DNA from: a virus
Length of the DNA stretch: 64,000 nucleotides
Reading direction: 5' to 3' (one strand)
IMG/VR virus record: IMGVR_UViG_3300010389_000001
Location: 32,211 to 96,210 of that record
Shown here: positions 46,980 through 57,600 of the stretch, one piece after another
Layout of the letters: each line of letters starts with the position of its first letter
Numbering within the stretch: the first letter of the stretch is position 1
Notes under the pieces: generated by a model
The model's input: only the letters and a program-made list of their open reading frames with translations
Databases searched by the model: none
What the model was told of the DNA's origin: nothing
Made by a program: the position numbers and the translations under genes

Positions 46980-48056
46980 ATGAATATTGCACAGACCAAA
47001 GAAGTTCTCAAGGATATGCCTGCCGATAAGTCGGTTATGCTTCACGCTAAGCACGGCGTTGGAAAGTCCTCTGTTGTTCGCCAGGCTGCAGAAGAAATTG
47101 CTGCTTCTACTGGCGAAGAGTGCGGGTTTTTCGATGTTCGACTTTCGCAGTGCGAAGTTGGCGACATTAAGGGAATGCCTGTTACTGATGAGGAGCGAGA
47201 CATTATTCGCTTCCTAAAGCAAGAGTGGTGGCCCCGTGCTATGGATTCAAAGGGCATCCTTTTCTTCGATGAGCTTAACCGAGCATCAAAGGATGTTCTT
47301 CAGGCTGTCTTTGAGATTTGCCTTGACCGTCGCCTTGATGGCGAAAAGCTGCCTGATGGTTGGCGCGTAGTCGCTGCGGTTAACTCCGATGATGACTACG
47401 ATGTTGTTGAGCTTGACCCTGCTCTGCATGATCGCTGGTTCCATATCGAGTTTGACCCCTCTGCTGAAGAGTGGCTCACCTGGGCTCGTAGCAATGGAGT
47501 CCACAAGGCTGTCGTGGAGTTTGTTAACCGCAATCAGAATCTTCTGGACCCTCCCGTTGGAAACCTGGAAGCAGGTCGCGTTTACCCGTCGCGTCGTAGC
47601 TGGGTTTCACTCTCTGATACCATGATCTACATGGGACTTGATTCTCGAACGGATGATGGTATGCTAACCCAAATCACTAAGGGCTGGGTTGGTCGAGAGA
47701 TTGCTGTAATGTTCCAGAAGTTCATTACCAATGAGTTCTCAAACCTTCGTCCAGAAGAAGTCATTGACTCCTACGATAAGGTATCTGGAAAGATTGAAGC
47801 TGCTTGCAATGACATTGAGGTTATCGCAGCCCTTTCCCGCTCTGTTGTAGCGGAGGTCAATGAGCGTAGCCTTACGACTATGAAGGAAAAGCAGCGTACC
47901 AATCTTCGCAAGTTCTTTATGGCTCTGCCGCCTGACGTAGCATCGCAGGCTTGGGTCGGTCTTCTTGCCGGTAAGAAGTCGAAGAAGATTGTTATGGAGT
48001 GGCAGTCTGATGAGGACTTCCGTGAGCATCTTAAGGTGATTTACCTTAGCAACTGA
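46980..48056 (+). CDS. MoxR-like AAA+ ATPase
   Basis: Walker A HAKHGVGKS, Walker B ILFFDELNRA, VVAAVN, LDPALHDRW, PSRRSW. Confidence 0.85.
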   Translation: MNIAQTKEVLKDMPADKSVMLHAKHGVGKSSVVRQAAEEIAASTGEECGFFDVRLSQCEVGDIKGMPVTDEERDIIRFLKQEWWPRAMDSKGILFFDELNRASKDVLQAVFEICLDRRLDGEKLPDGWRVVAAVNSDDDYDVVELDPALHDRWFHIEFDPSAEEWLTWARSNGVHKAVVEFVNRNQNLLDPPVGNLEAGRVYPSRRSWVSLSDTMIYMGLDSRTDDGMLTQITKGWVGREIAVMFQKFITNEFSNLRPEEVIDSYDKVSGKIEAACNDIEVIAALSRSVVAEVNERSLTTMKEKQRTNLRKFFMALPPDVASQAWVGLLAGKKSKKIVMEWQSDEDFREHLKVIYLSN

Positions 48057-48154
48057 TTTGGGGAAACCCACAGGGGGGCACAGGGTTATCAGGTGTCCCG
48101 CTCACTCTTTCCTCAAAAGATATTGAAACCCACCTGTTTGCGAGGGGATAAACA

Positions 48155-49300
48155 ATGGCTAACTCACAGATTAGAGCGCGACTTGATTCCGCTATTTCAA
48201 AACTTATCTCTTTTCAGCCGCTTTACGGTGAGGTTTTCCTTCATCTAAACAAGCGCGAAAACAAGGAGATTCCAACGATGGGCGTTGGAGTTATCCGTCG
48301 CGTAGATTTGGCTCTTTACTACAATCCAGATTTCGTCGCAGGACTTAGCTCAACTGAGCTTAGAAGCGTCCTTAAGCATGAGGCTTTGCACGTTCTTCTG
48401 CATCATCTTACGCGAGCAAAGCACTTTGCTTACAATCCTCGTGGATACAACATTGCTGCAGATTGTGCAATTAACTGTCATATTGAGGGGCTTCCAGATG
48501 GAGCCCTTTATCCAAAGCAGTTTAACCTCGATGATAACCAGTCTTCTGAGTTCTACTACGAGAAGCTAAAGAAGGAAGCAGAGGACAAGCATGGAGGAGA
48601 CTTCGACAAGGCGATTGAAGGCAAGGGAGATACTGTAGACGACCACGGTATGTGGGGCGAATTTGACGACGATATTATCGAAGAGAAGGTCCGCAATATC
48701 GCAGAGAAGGCTATTAAGGAACAGGAGAAGAAGGGCTGGGGAAGCATTCCTGGCGGCCTTGCAGGTCAGATTATTGCTGCAAACAAGCCTGTTGTAAACT
48801 GGAAGAAGGAAGCTCGTTGGTTTATCAACAAGGTTGTTATGATGGGTCGTCGCAGTACCCGTATGCGCCCTAATCGTCGCTACGGAACATCGCAGCCTGG
48901 GAGCAAGAGAAACTACACTAGTCGCCTTCTTGTTGCGTTTGATACTTCTGGCTCTGTTTCAAATAAGCAACTTGAATACTTTGCTACAGAGCTAAACGGT
49001 ATGATTGACCACGTTCAGGCTGACTTTATTCAGTTTGATACCCAAATCTATGGAAAGCCAGAGCCTTACTCAAAGCGCGCTGCCAAGCTGGACATTAAGG
49101 GTCGAGGAGGCACTTGCTTTGCTCCAGTCATTCACATGGCCGATGAAGAGAGGTATGATGGTCTAGTTATCTTTACGGACGGTTATGCTCCATTCCCTGC
49201 AAAGCCAAAGACCCGTGTGATGTGGGCTGTTTGTGAGCGTGATTCAGCCGTAGAGTTTCCATACGGAAAGAAGGTTGTGATCGAAGAAAAGTCTCGATAA
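48155..49300 (+). CDS. putative metallopeptidase plus VWA-like protein (DUF2201 type)
   Basis: HEALH, NIAAD..IN, DTSGS MIDAS, GRGGT, IFTDG. Confidence 0.85.
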   Translation: MANSQIRARLDSAISKLISFQPLYGEVFLHLNKRENKEIPTMGVGVIRRVDLALYYNPDFVAGLSSTELRSVLKHEALHVLLHHLTRAKHFAYNPRGYNIAADCAINCHIEGLPDGALYPKQFNLDDNQSSEFYYEKLKKEAEDKHGGDFDKAIEGKGDTVDDHGMWGEFDDDIIEEKVRNIAEKAIKEQEKKGWGSIPGGLAGQIIAANKPVVNWKKEARWFINKVVMMGRRSTRMRPNRRYGTSQPGSKRNYTSRLLVAFDTSGSVSNKQLEYFATELNGMIDHVQADFIQFDTQIYGKPEPYSKRAAKLDIKGRGGTCFAPVIHMADEERYDGLVIFTDGYAPFPAKPKTRVMWAVCERDSAVEFPYGKKVVIEEKSR

Positions 49301-49310
49301 TAAATGTCGC

Positions 49311-49353
49311 GGGGGCGGGCTGGGTTTATCCTATGCCTGCCCCTATTTTTTTT
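49311..49353 (+). terminator. intrinsic terminator
   Basis: GGGGCGGGC...GCCTGCCCC followed by TATTTTTTTT. Confidence 0.65.
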
Positions 49354-49407
49354 GGCTTACCAACTGAGCCTCGCCGGGCAAAGCACTTACATTTTAATAG
49401 GATTTTT

Positions 49408-50604
49408 ATGATTCACGAAATAACAAAGACTCATTCTAGAATTGCGACCATCATAGTAGCATTTGATGCTGGCTCAAGAAACGAGAAGAGATCAAGGCAT
49501 AATTATGGCATAGCTCATATGCTTGAGCATTCTATCTTTAAGGGCACTCAAGAGATGAGTGCAATGGAGATCCAAAAGAAGATAGCTTTTTTGGGAGGAA
49601 GATCTAACGCCTTTACTTCGCATGAGATGGTAGCATACTATATCACTGTTCCTTATGAAAACATAGAATCCTGCATGAGCATTCTTTCGGACATGGTATT
49701 TAATCCGGTTTTTCCTGAAGAAGAAATTATCAGAGAAATTGAGGTTGTGAAAGAGGAGGAAATGTCAACAAAGGACGATACCGAGGGATATATCTGGAAT
49801 GAATTTTCCTCTAAATTCTTTGGCGACCATTATCTTGGCGTTCCAGTCATTGGGTATCAGGATACGATCTCTAGGTTTACCAGGGATGAGATCGATTCAT
49901 TTCACAAAAGATTCTGCAGCAGAAAGGATGCTATCGTATCTCTTTGCAGTAACTTAACCAAAAAAGACTCAAAGGCTTTGCTTACTAAGTATTTTGGCAA
50001 AGCCAGCGGCAGAACAAAGACGCACTACAAGTTTGATGACCCAGTTTACGGCGATTCATGCGAGCTAAACCTTTCTAGAACGGGGCTGGAGCATTCATAC
50101 GTGTGGATGGGTATGCCATCTATAACCAAGTCCTCAGACATGGGGCCTTCCGTGAGGCTTCTTACGTCTATACTCGGATCCGGTATGGACTCAAGGCTAT
50201 TTGAGGAGGTAAGGGAAAAGCGAGGACTTGTATACGGGGTATCTGCATCATCCAGCGAATGGCAAAATGGAGGGCTATCTCTGGTTGAATTTTCCACTAG
50301 AGAGGCAAACGTAGAAGAGGGTATGCAGGTGGTCCTGGGTGAGCTAGAGAAGATCAAGACCACACTTGTTAGCGACGAGGAAATCCAGAGAGCAAAAAAC
50401 AAGATTAGAGCTTCTTTCTATTCGGCTATAGAGGATAGTTACAACCTAGCATCCTGGGCTCTAAAGAAGAGGCTCGTAGGTATACCTGAGATTGATGATT
50501 ATATGAGGATGATAGATGAAGTGAGCCCAGAGGATATAAGGGCTGCTGCAAAAGAAATATATAATACAGATAAGCTTTTGACATGCATCTGTAGAGGCGA
50601 TTGA
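49408..50604 (+). CDS. M16 family zinc peptidase
   Basis: GIAHMLEH (HxxEH), NAFTS, EVVKEE, SRLFEEVREKRGLVY. Confidence 0.9.
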   Translation: MIHEITKTHSRIATIIVAFDAGSRNEKRSRHNYGIAHMLEHSIFKGTQEMSAMEIQKKIAFLGGRSNAFTSHEMVAYYITVPYENIESCMSILSDMVFNPVFPEEEIIREIEVVKEEEMSTKDDTEGYIWNEFSSKFFGDHYLGVPVIGYQDTISRFTRDEIDSFHKRFCSRKDAIVSLCSNLTKKDSKALLTKYFGKASGRTKTHYKFDDPVYGDSCELNLSRTGLEHSYVWMGMPSITKSSDMGPSVRLLTSILGSGMDSRLFEEVREKRGLVYGVSASSSEWQNGGLSLVEFSTREANVEEGMQVVLGELEKIKTTLVSDEEIQRAKNKIRASFYSAIEDSYNLASWALKKRLVGIPEIDDYMRMIDEVSPEDIRAAAKEIYNTDKLLTCICRGD

Positions 50605-50645
50605 GTCGCTTACCCCCCCGGCAGTGATGCTGGGGTTTTTAATTT

Positions 50646-50885
50646 GTGGACCGCTCTAATGCTGTGCCTATAATATGGGAGAGGGGTAGCTTGAGCGACT
50701 TTACCAATTCAAATCCTGCTGATATAGCTTGCCTAACCAATCACCTAATAGCCGCTATAGATAGTTACATTAGGGAAGTGCCAACCTATAAGGAGGATCT
50801 TTATAGGGCGGAATCTGAGGTTAGTAGATATCTTTTTGATTTAGCAAATTATTGCGACGAAAAAGGTCATGCAGATGAGCGGTAA
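50646..50885 (+). CDS. hypothetical protein
   Basis: 79-aa ORF. Confidence 0.45.
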   Translation: MDRSNAVPIIWERGSLSDFTNSNPADIACLTNHLIAAIDSYIREVPTYKEDLYRAESEVSRYLFDLANYCDEKGHADER

Positions 50886-50913
50886 TGGGTAGCCGTCTAT
50901 CCGGGAGAATGAT

Positions 50914-51150
50914 ATGGCAAGATACAATTACATGCTTCCGAGAACGGAGCAGATTAGAAGGTGCAGTAACGGACTAGAGCATTATTACGTCCCCATATCT
51001 GTGTGCGCGAGCACAAATAGTGTTGGCGTTCGCTTTGTATGCAAGAGATGCGAAGCTCTAGCCGCAGGATTCTTTACAGAAGAAGAATACGAGCTTAGAA
51101 GAAATACTATAGAAAAAGCAATAGAGAAAGCGGGAGGAACTTTGGCATGA
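50914..51150 (+). CDS. small Cys/His-containing protein
   Basis: C..H...CKRC; ATGA overlap with the next gene. Confidence 0.55.
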   Translation: MARYNYMLPRTEQIRRCSNGLEHYYVPISVCASTNSVGVRFVCKRCEALAAGFFTEEEYELRRNTIEKAIEKAGGTLA

Positions 51151-51374
51151 AGGAGCAGGTTAATCATCCCGGCCACTACCAGTTTGGAGAGAAGGACGCA
51201 GATGGAACTTCGAAGTACGAGGCAATAAAGGTAATTGAAGCTTGGGATTTGGACTTTCATCTTGGGAATGTTGTAAAATATGTTTCGAGAGCGGGAAGAA
51301 AAAGCGAGTCTCCGCTCCAAGATATTAAAAAGGCAAAGTGGTATCTTGATAGGTGGCTGGAGAAAAATAGTTAG
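51147..51374 (+). CDS. DUF3310-like phage protein
   Basis: VNHPGHY..FHLGNVVKY..RAG.K...DIKKAKWYL. Confidence 0.8.
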   Translation: MKEQVNHPGHYQFGEKDADGTSKYEAIKVIEAWDLDFHLGNVVKYVSRAGRKSESPLQDIKKAKWYLDRWLEKNS

Positions 51375-51671
51375 GAGGGTTGAGGTGAATTATACAAATC
51401 AATATTATCCAGTGGCTATAGCTCTAACTAATGAGTGGGGCTGGCAAGCGATCTATGAAGGCTTTGACTTTAGGGGCCTCACCTTTGAAAAGGTCTTTTG
51501 GTTGCGGAGTCCATCAGATGAGCTTGGGCTGCAAGTTGGGCTTTACACAAGTCAGAATAGTTCTAGCGAACTTGCTGGCGGAGAGAATATGCTTGTGCCT
51601 GAGCTATACCGAATGATAAAGTCATTCGATATTGAGCTTGATTTGGAAAAGATAAAGGAAGATGGCCGAAA

Positions 51672-52160
51672 ATGAGGTTTGTTGACGTATTTGATCTTCC
51701 GGAGGAAAGGCCCAAGAGAATCGTTATAGCCTCAGGTTATTTTAATCCTTTGCACGTAGGGCATGTGGAGTATCTGCATTTGGCCAAATCATGCGGAGAC
51801 GAACTATGTGTTATCGTAAACAATGATGTTCAGCGCGCCTTAAAAGGTTCGAGCTATTTTATGAATGAGCAAGAAAGGCTGTTAATTATCAAAAGCCTGA
51901 GAGATGTTGATCATGTTATTCTTTCAATAGATGATGACAGAACCGTGTGCAATACTCTTCGTGAAATAAGTAAGGTTCATGCTCCGAAGTGGCATAATAA
52001 TTGTAACCTTTATTTTGCAAACGGCGGCGATCAAAAAAATGACTCAATCCCAGAGAGAGCAGTTTGCGAAGAGCTAGGCATAGCCCTAATTGATCGACTG
52101 GGCGAAAAGATTCAGTCTTCATCATGGCTTATAGATGGAGGTAGAAATGAGCCTTATTAG
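51672..52160 (+). CDS. cytidylyltransferase-family (HxGH) nucleotidyltransferase
   Basis: SGYFNPLHVGH, IVNND, ER..I, FANGGD, KIQSSS. Confidence 0.85.
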   Translation: MRFVDVFDLPEERPKRIVIASGYFNPLHVGHVEYLHLAKSCGDELCVIVNNDVQRALKGSSYFMNEQERLLIIKSLRDVDHVILSIDDDRTVCNTLREISKVHAPKWHNNCNLYFANGGDQKNDSIPERAVCEELGIALIDRLGEKIQSSSWLIDGGRNEPY

Positions 52161-54393
52161 AAAGAGCGCATTTCATATGGTTGTTCGCTGTGGATTGGGC
52201 GCTCACGGAGCAATTCATTTGATTGAATTTTTCATAAACTTGTTTGAGCGAGCCTGGGGATCTGCATTCTTCACGCTTTTGGCGGCCTTACTAATGCTGT
52301 CAGGCGCCTTAATTGATTATCAGCACCATTCTGAGGGAAAATATGAAGTACCAAGTTGACGTAGATTACATTGGAGCAAACACTAAAATTGTGTGGACTT
52401 ACAATGGCGAAAAACATTGTGAGCATGGACCTGCAGTTTGGTGGCAAGACGGAACTTATGACTTTTATTTAAATGGGGTATCGCTTTCGGTAAGCGAGTG
52501 GGAAGAGGCTGTTGACAGGCAGTGGAACCCTCAAGCAAAAAGGTCATCAAGAAGGGAGTTCCCCAAAGTTTATCTCGTAACGAAAGTTACTTCGAATGGT
52601 GCCTCCGAACCTGTTGCAACTTTCGATTCCCTGGCGAAAGTTGATGAGTTTATTCTGAAGAATGAAACTGATGAAATTTGGTTCAACTGGGTTCAAGTAG
52701 AGCTTAGGTGATCTGCACGCGCGCTTGCAAGTGCGCCTGAAATGGAGGCTTCAGATATGAGAAAGAAAAAGGTAGTTGGAGATTTATGTCCTAGCTGCGA
52801 TGATTCAGTAGAGTGGTATCCGATTCCTGATTCACTGGCATCAGCCTGCGAAGATTGCGGATTCGTCAGAATTTACTTAGGAGAAAAGGATGCTGAAGGA
52901 AACTTACTTTATGATGTAGGCGTCTCAATCCCCGAATGGTTGCAGAGTCTTTATGAGCCAGATGTTAGCGGCAGCCTGCGGAGGGCAAAGTGACCAAAGG
53001 AAACGATCGCTTATTTTGCTCAACTAATAATAAACATTTGTTTATTTTGAAATCCGATTGCTCTCATGACTGGATCTATCTCGGCGGTCACAATGAGCTT
53101 TGGGTTTGCAAGAAATGCGGAACTAAGGAAAGGCGATGAAAGTCGGTGATAGAGTAAGAGTCAAGAAAGATGGGCAACTTTGTTGGGCGAAGTCAGGCAG
53201 GATATATGTTCCAGACTTTTATATCGGATATGTGACTTATGTGAATCACGGGAATGGAAATCTGATGGTTCATCTGGAAGAATTAGATGACAGAGTTCAG
53301 ACTAGCATTGAGCACTGGATTGAGGTAGAGAGCGAAGAATGAAAGTCAGAGATCTTGTAAGGCCAAAAAGTCAGTGGGATGAAAACTTCAAAAAGAAAAA
53401 GCATGATATTGGTCTTTTAATAGACATTGAAAAAGACTTCTATCGCCACAACGATTATTTTCAAGATCGTTTGACTATCTTGTGGTCACATGGTGAAATA
53501 ACAAAAGAGCCCCCTGGCTATGTGGAGGTTATGAAATGAGCAACGAAGATCAAATCGCAAAAGAAATCGCTAAAATGACTGATGATGAAGTTATTCAAAA
53601 TGTCGAGAAGTATTTCCCGAAATGGACTGCAACCGAGTCTATGAAGCGTATGCTCACCAAATACGGACGTTTGGATGAACAAGTTTATTTTCTTGAGATT
53701 CTTCGTCTTGAGTCTCTTTGTCGCAGAGCGGCAGAGGAGATCAAAATGCTTGATGATAAGTTGCAAGAGATTTCGCCCGATCCAGATGGCACTCACACCT
53801 CTGTAAATCTGCTTTCAAGACTTGACGGACGGATTGGTGGGTGGTATACTATGACTGAGCCAAACGAGGAGAAGTGATGAAAGTTTGGGTCGTAACAAAA
53901 CGATGGGTTCACGAAGATCGTATGAATGTTGCCGTTTTTTCAACGGAAACGGCAGCGTACAATTTTGTTAGAGACAATGAGACAGACGACAATTGGCGAG
54001 TTTGTTTTGATGTTGAAGAGTGGGAGGTTGATAGTGAGTGTAAAATGGCGAAGGCTTGTGATATTATTTGATTTGTAAGGAGAAATAATGAGCGCTGACA
54101 AGACTGGGTGTCCTAAGTGTGTAACTGGATCTATTCAAGAAACTTATCTCACTCCCCCAGATAAAGGAAAAGTGAAGGGATGTAATCGCTGTTCATATTT
54201 TCATTACGACCCATACGAAGTGGATTGGGGTGCTCTTCCACCAGAGGTCTTCGACCAATACACAAATGCCTGTGAAGAGGTTAAGAACCCTGTGATTGTT
54301 GAATCCACACCAAAAAAGAAGCAAAGTCACTTCGAGAAGTTGTATCACATGAATCTTCTCGTGAACGAAAAAAAAGTTGACACAGAGACCTAA
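52135..54393 (+). CDS. run of small, mostly translationally coupled hypothetical ORFs (about 52147, 52343, 52742, 53136, 53339, 53536, 53874, 54088)
   Basis: Consecutive short + strand ORFs with SD sequences and ATGA/GTGA overlaps; 53136 and 53339 begin MKV(G/R)D (KOW-like); the ORF near 52343 has HCEHGPAV. Confidence 0.6.
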
Positions 54394-54405
54394 GTGGGCT
54401 ATACT
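54377..54405 (+). promoter_or_regulatory. near-consensus sigma70 promoter
   Basis: TTGACA (54377-82), 17 nt, TATACT (54400-05); predicted +1 near 54411-54412. Confidence 0.8.
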
Positions 54406-54411
54406 GTGAAC

Positions 54412-54533
54412 ATAGAGTGAGGCGGTATTACGCAGGGTTCTACTGAGACGATACACGACCCGGTTCAAGGAATAAGCGTCTAACAAAGGAATACTTGAAC
54501 ATCTGTGGGTTTAAACCCCACCACTCTATTCCA
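54412..54533 (+). ncRNA. 122-nt tRNA-like RNA ending in UCCA
   Basis: 8-bp acceptor ATAGAGTG/CACTCTAT plus TCCA; T-like arm GTGGG-TTTAAAC-CCCAC; internal arms GCG/CGC, GGGTT/GACCC, GTTCAAG/CTTGAAC. Confidence 0.65.
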
Positions 54534-54661
54534 TAATGAAGTTACCCCGATTGTAAGGATCAAGCAGGAGAGGGATAAACTCCATGATTGCTAATCTGCG
54601 GGTGGGGCTGGAAACAGTCAGTTAGGTGGGTTGGTTGCCTAACACCTTTTGGGAGAGAAGA

Positions 54662-57600
54662 ATGAATGATAGACAAGGGCACCCAGAGCCAGAAGATTGT
54701 TGGCTTTATTACTGTGTGAGCCTGAAAGAAGAATACAGAACCGAAGAAGGGCAAATTCGCATTCATCCATCACTTCCTATCGAGGGGGTGGTTAGTGCGG
54801 ATCTAACCGATCCTGATGTTTTTTGTGTGGTTCACGGAACAGGATCAATGGTGAGAATGCTCCAAGAACACAAAGGGTTTTATGAAAAGAAGGAATATGC
54901 AAACGAGTTTGCTGAATTTATGTTCAGTTTTGCTCAACAAAACTTGGAGAGAAGAAAATGAGCGATGAGTTTGTAGACAAGAAAGGTATTCGGTGGCATC
55001 CCAAAGAAATGCTCAATGACCTATCACAGCGTCTCGAAACAGCCAAAGCATTTCACAGAGTTGCCGTAAAAGAAAGAGATTACGAGAGAACTCTCTGCGA
55101 CCGATACAAAAAAGAACTGTACGAACTTCGCTCACTTTACGAAGGTGTTCTTTCTCGCATAAACAAGTTGGAAGACGATACAAGGTCAGCGATAGAGTTT
55201 GCCGACCTCGCAGAAGACGATAAGGGAACAGAAATGATCTTAGAATTCTGCGATGATATTACAAAGTTGGTTGGAGAGTGAAGGTGAGCCAACAAGAGGT
55301 AAAACAAGCAGTTGCTCCGATGTGGATAAATCTTGATGCTGCCAACAACCGTCTTAGGCAAATCTCACAACTTTGCTGGGAACTTGTAAACGAACTAAGA
55401 GAAGCAGACAATCTTCTTGTTGGCGAATACCCAGATGAATTTTCAAAAGTTTTTGACGTAGCAAACGAAATAGAGTCTTGGCTTATTGAGGGAAAGCAAA
55501 ATGAAAACAGTTAGTTCTATTGTTCAATCAGAGATTCTTCAGCAACTGCTGGAAAACCAAAGGCGTTTTGCCGAGGTTGCTAAACCTCCTTTCTATCCTA
55601 AAACTTGGAAGGAGTTTCGCAATCGAGAACTCGCAAACTATATGAGCCGCGAAAGGGGAAAGAAGCGTCTTCGTAAGAAAAAGGCTCTCAAGAGAATGCG
55701 AGAAGTCTGGGGTTTCTATCTTCTTACCCGACCAGTAAGCCATTTTGTGAACTACCAAGAGCTGGGAAGAAAGCTGTTCCCCGTCCAGCCTCTCCCAGAT
55801 GGCGCAAAGCTCATTTACAGCAACCACACTGATAACGAAAGGCATCGCATCGCAGAGATTATCAGAGGGAAGATCGAATGAGTTCTAGCGTCGAAATCAA
55901 AACGGACGGATGCAAGTCTCTTTACCTTGATATAAAGACCACAGGTGTAGAGTTTGAGGCTTGGAATCAAGATTATCCAGAAGCGGAACTCATTACGATG
56001 TGGTTTGATCTGAAAGACAAGGAAGATCGAAAGGCAATCAAGAATCTTATTTCACATCTCCAGCATCAGTTGCAGGTTCATGAATCACCTCCCTATTCTA
56101 CCTGTCCTTCCTGTTCTTGGCTAAAAAGAGAGCGAGGTGTTGAGGCCTGTGAGGAGCATAGCAAATGATTGGAACAGCAAAGAGGCTTGTTGAATGTCGC
56201 TATTTCCGATGGCTTCCGGGTATGCGAGACTTGGGCGGAAACTTTTATCTTGGGCAAAGAGCAAATGCACCAGAAGGCGTTCATATGTGGGCCGGTTTTG
56301 ATAGGGGAAGTTGGGAGTGGAACGAAACAGAGTTTGGACTACCAGACCTTGAAGATCCCGCAACCCTTGGGTGCGTTCTTGCTTTGGTTCGCAACGCTTG
56401 GAAAGACGATGGTATTGCGTGTGTAACGGGTTCTTACACCGCAGAGTCAGGTTACAGGTTTCGCATCATTGGTGGAATGCGCCAAGATACAAAGTTCTTT
56501 ATGATGAGCCAAAAGCATTACCTTTCAGAAGGCGAGGCACTTGTTGCTGCTTTGGAGTTGGCAGGATGACTAACGAAGATTTCAACAAGAATATGAGCAG
56601 AATGTTCTTTCGTCTTGGAAATGCTTTCCGCGATGTAAGAGACAATATGATCGAAAACTTTGGAAGAGAAAACGATACATCAGAACTTCTCTTTCGCCTT
56701 GAAGAAGTTTGCGATATTATGATTGAGCATTATGGGGAGGAAGAATGATTTCTCTTTACGGAATCAGGGAAGAACATGAATATGGTTACGGCGGCTGGAC
56801 AGGAAACCGAGAGACTATCCGAGAGCTTGTTGCTACTTTCGATGAAGTTCAAGATGCAAAAGACTATGTGAAAAACTCAACGCTTGCAGCAGCAGATAAG
56901 CCCTACTTTCGTGCTGATCCCATTTCGGGAAAGTTTAGATATAGAAAAGGTTCTTTACTTCGCCATTATGAAAGCTGCGAGATTGAGATTGAGGAAGAAG
57001 AAAACCCTCCTCCTCATAATCCGATAATGCCAAATGGAGACTATTAATGAAACAAGATGCTGCATACATCAATTCCTACAATGCCGGATACCACAGAGGT
57101 CTAAATACTGAATACCACGATATTCCAATCAACATTCTTTTCACTAAATGGATTGCTGATGTTCGCAGACCAGCATCAGAGGCACTTGATATTGTTGCTT
57201 TTGAGAAAGGCTTCAATGACGGCATAGAAGATTATGAAGATTCTCTGAAAGAATTCGGAGACGGAGCAGCAACTACAGCAGGTTGGGAGAAAAAATGAAA
57301 GAAACACTTGAAGACTTTATGAAACAATTGCACCACAACCACACCTCATTTGAGGAATTGGCTCATTGGTATCATGATTTAGAAAAAGAATGTGCAAACC
57401 TTAAAGAGAAAAACGAAAAGATGTTTGAGGTCCTAAGGATTATTTGGGATGCCGATGCACTTCAGCAGTGGGCTTGGGAAGATCCTGATGATGAAGGTTC
57501 AATTGCTGACTTGGTTCGTGAAGTTGTGAGAGGCAAATAACAATGGATATTAGACCAGAAAACAACAAAGACACTTTTCGCGGAAGAGGCAAAACCATCG

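Noticed and set aside
54412..54533. tRNA-Sec
   Set aside because: It has an 8/5 geometry and a long arm, but no UCA anticodon in a 7-nt loop and no extended D stem.
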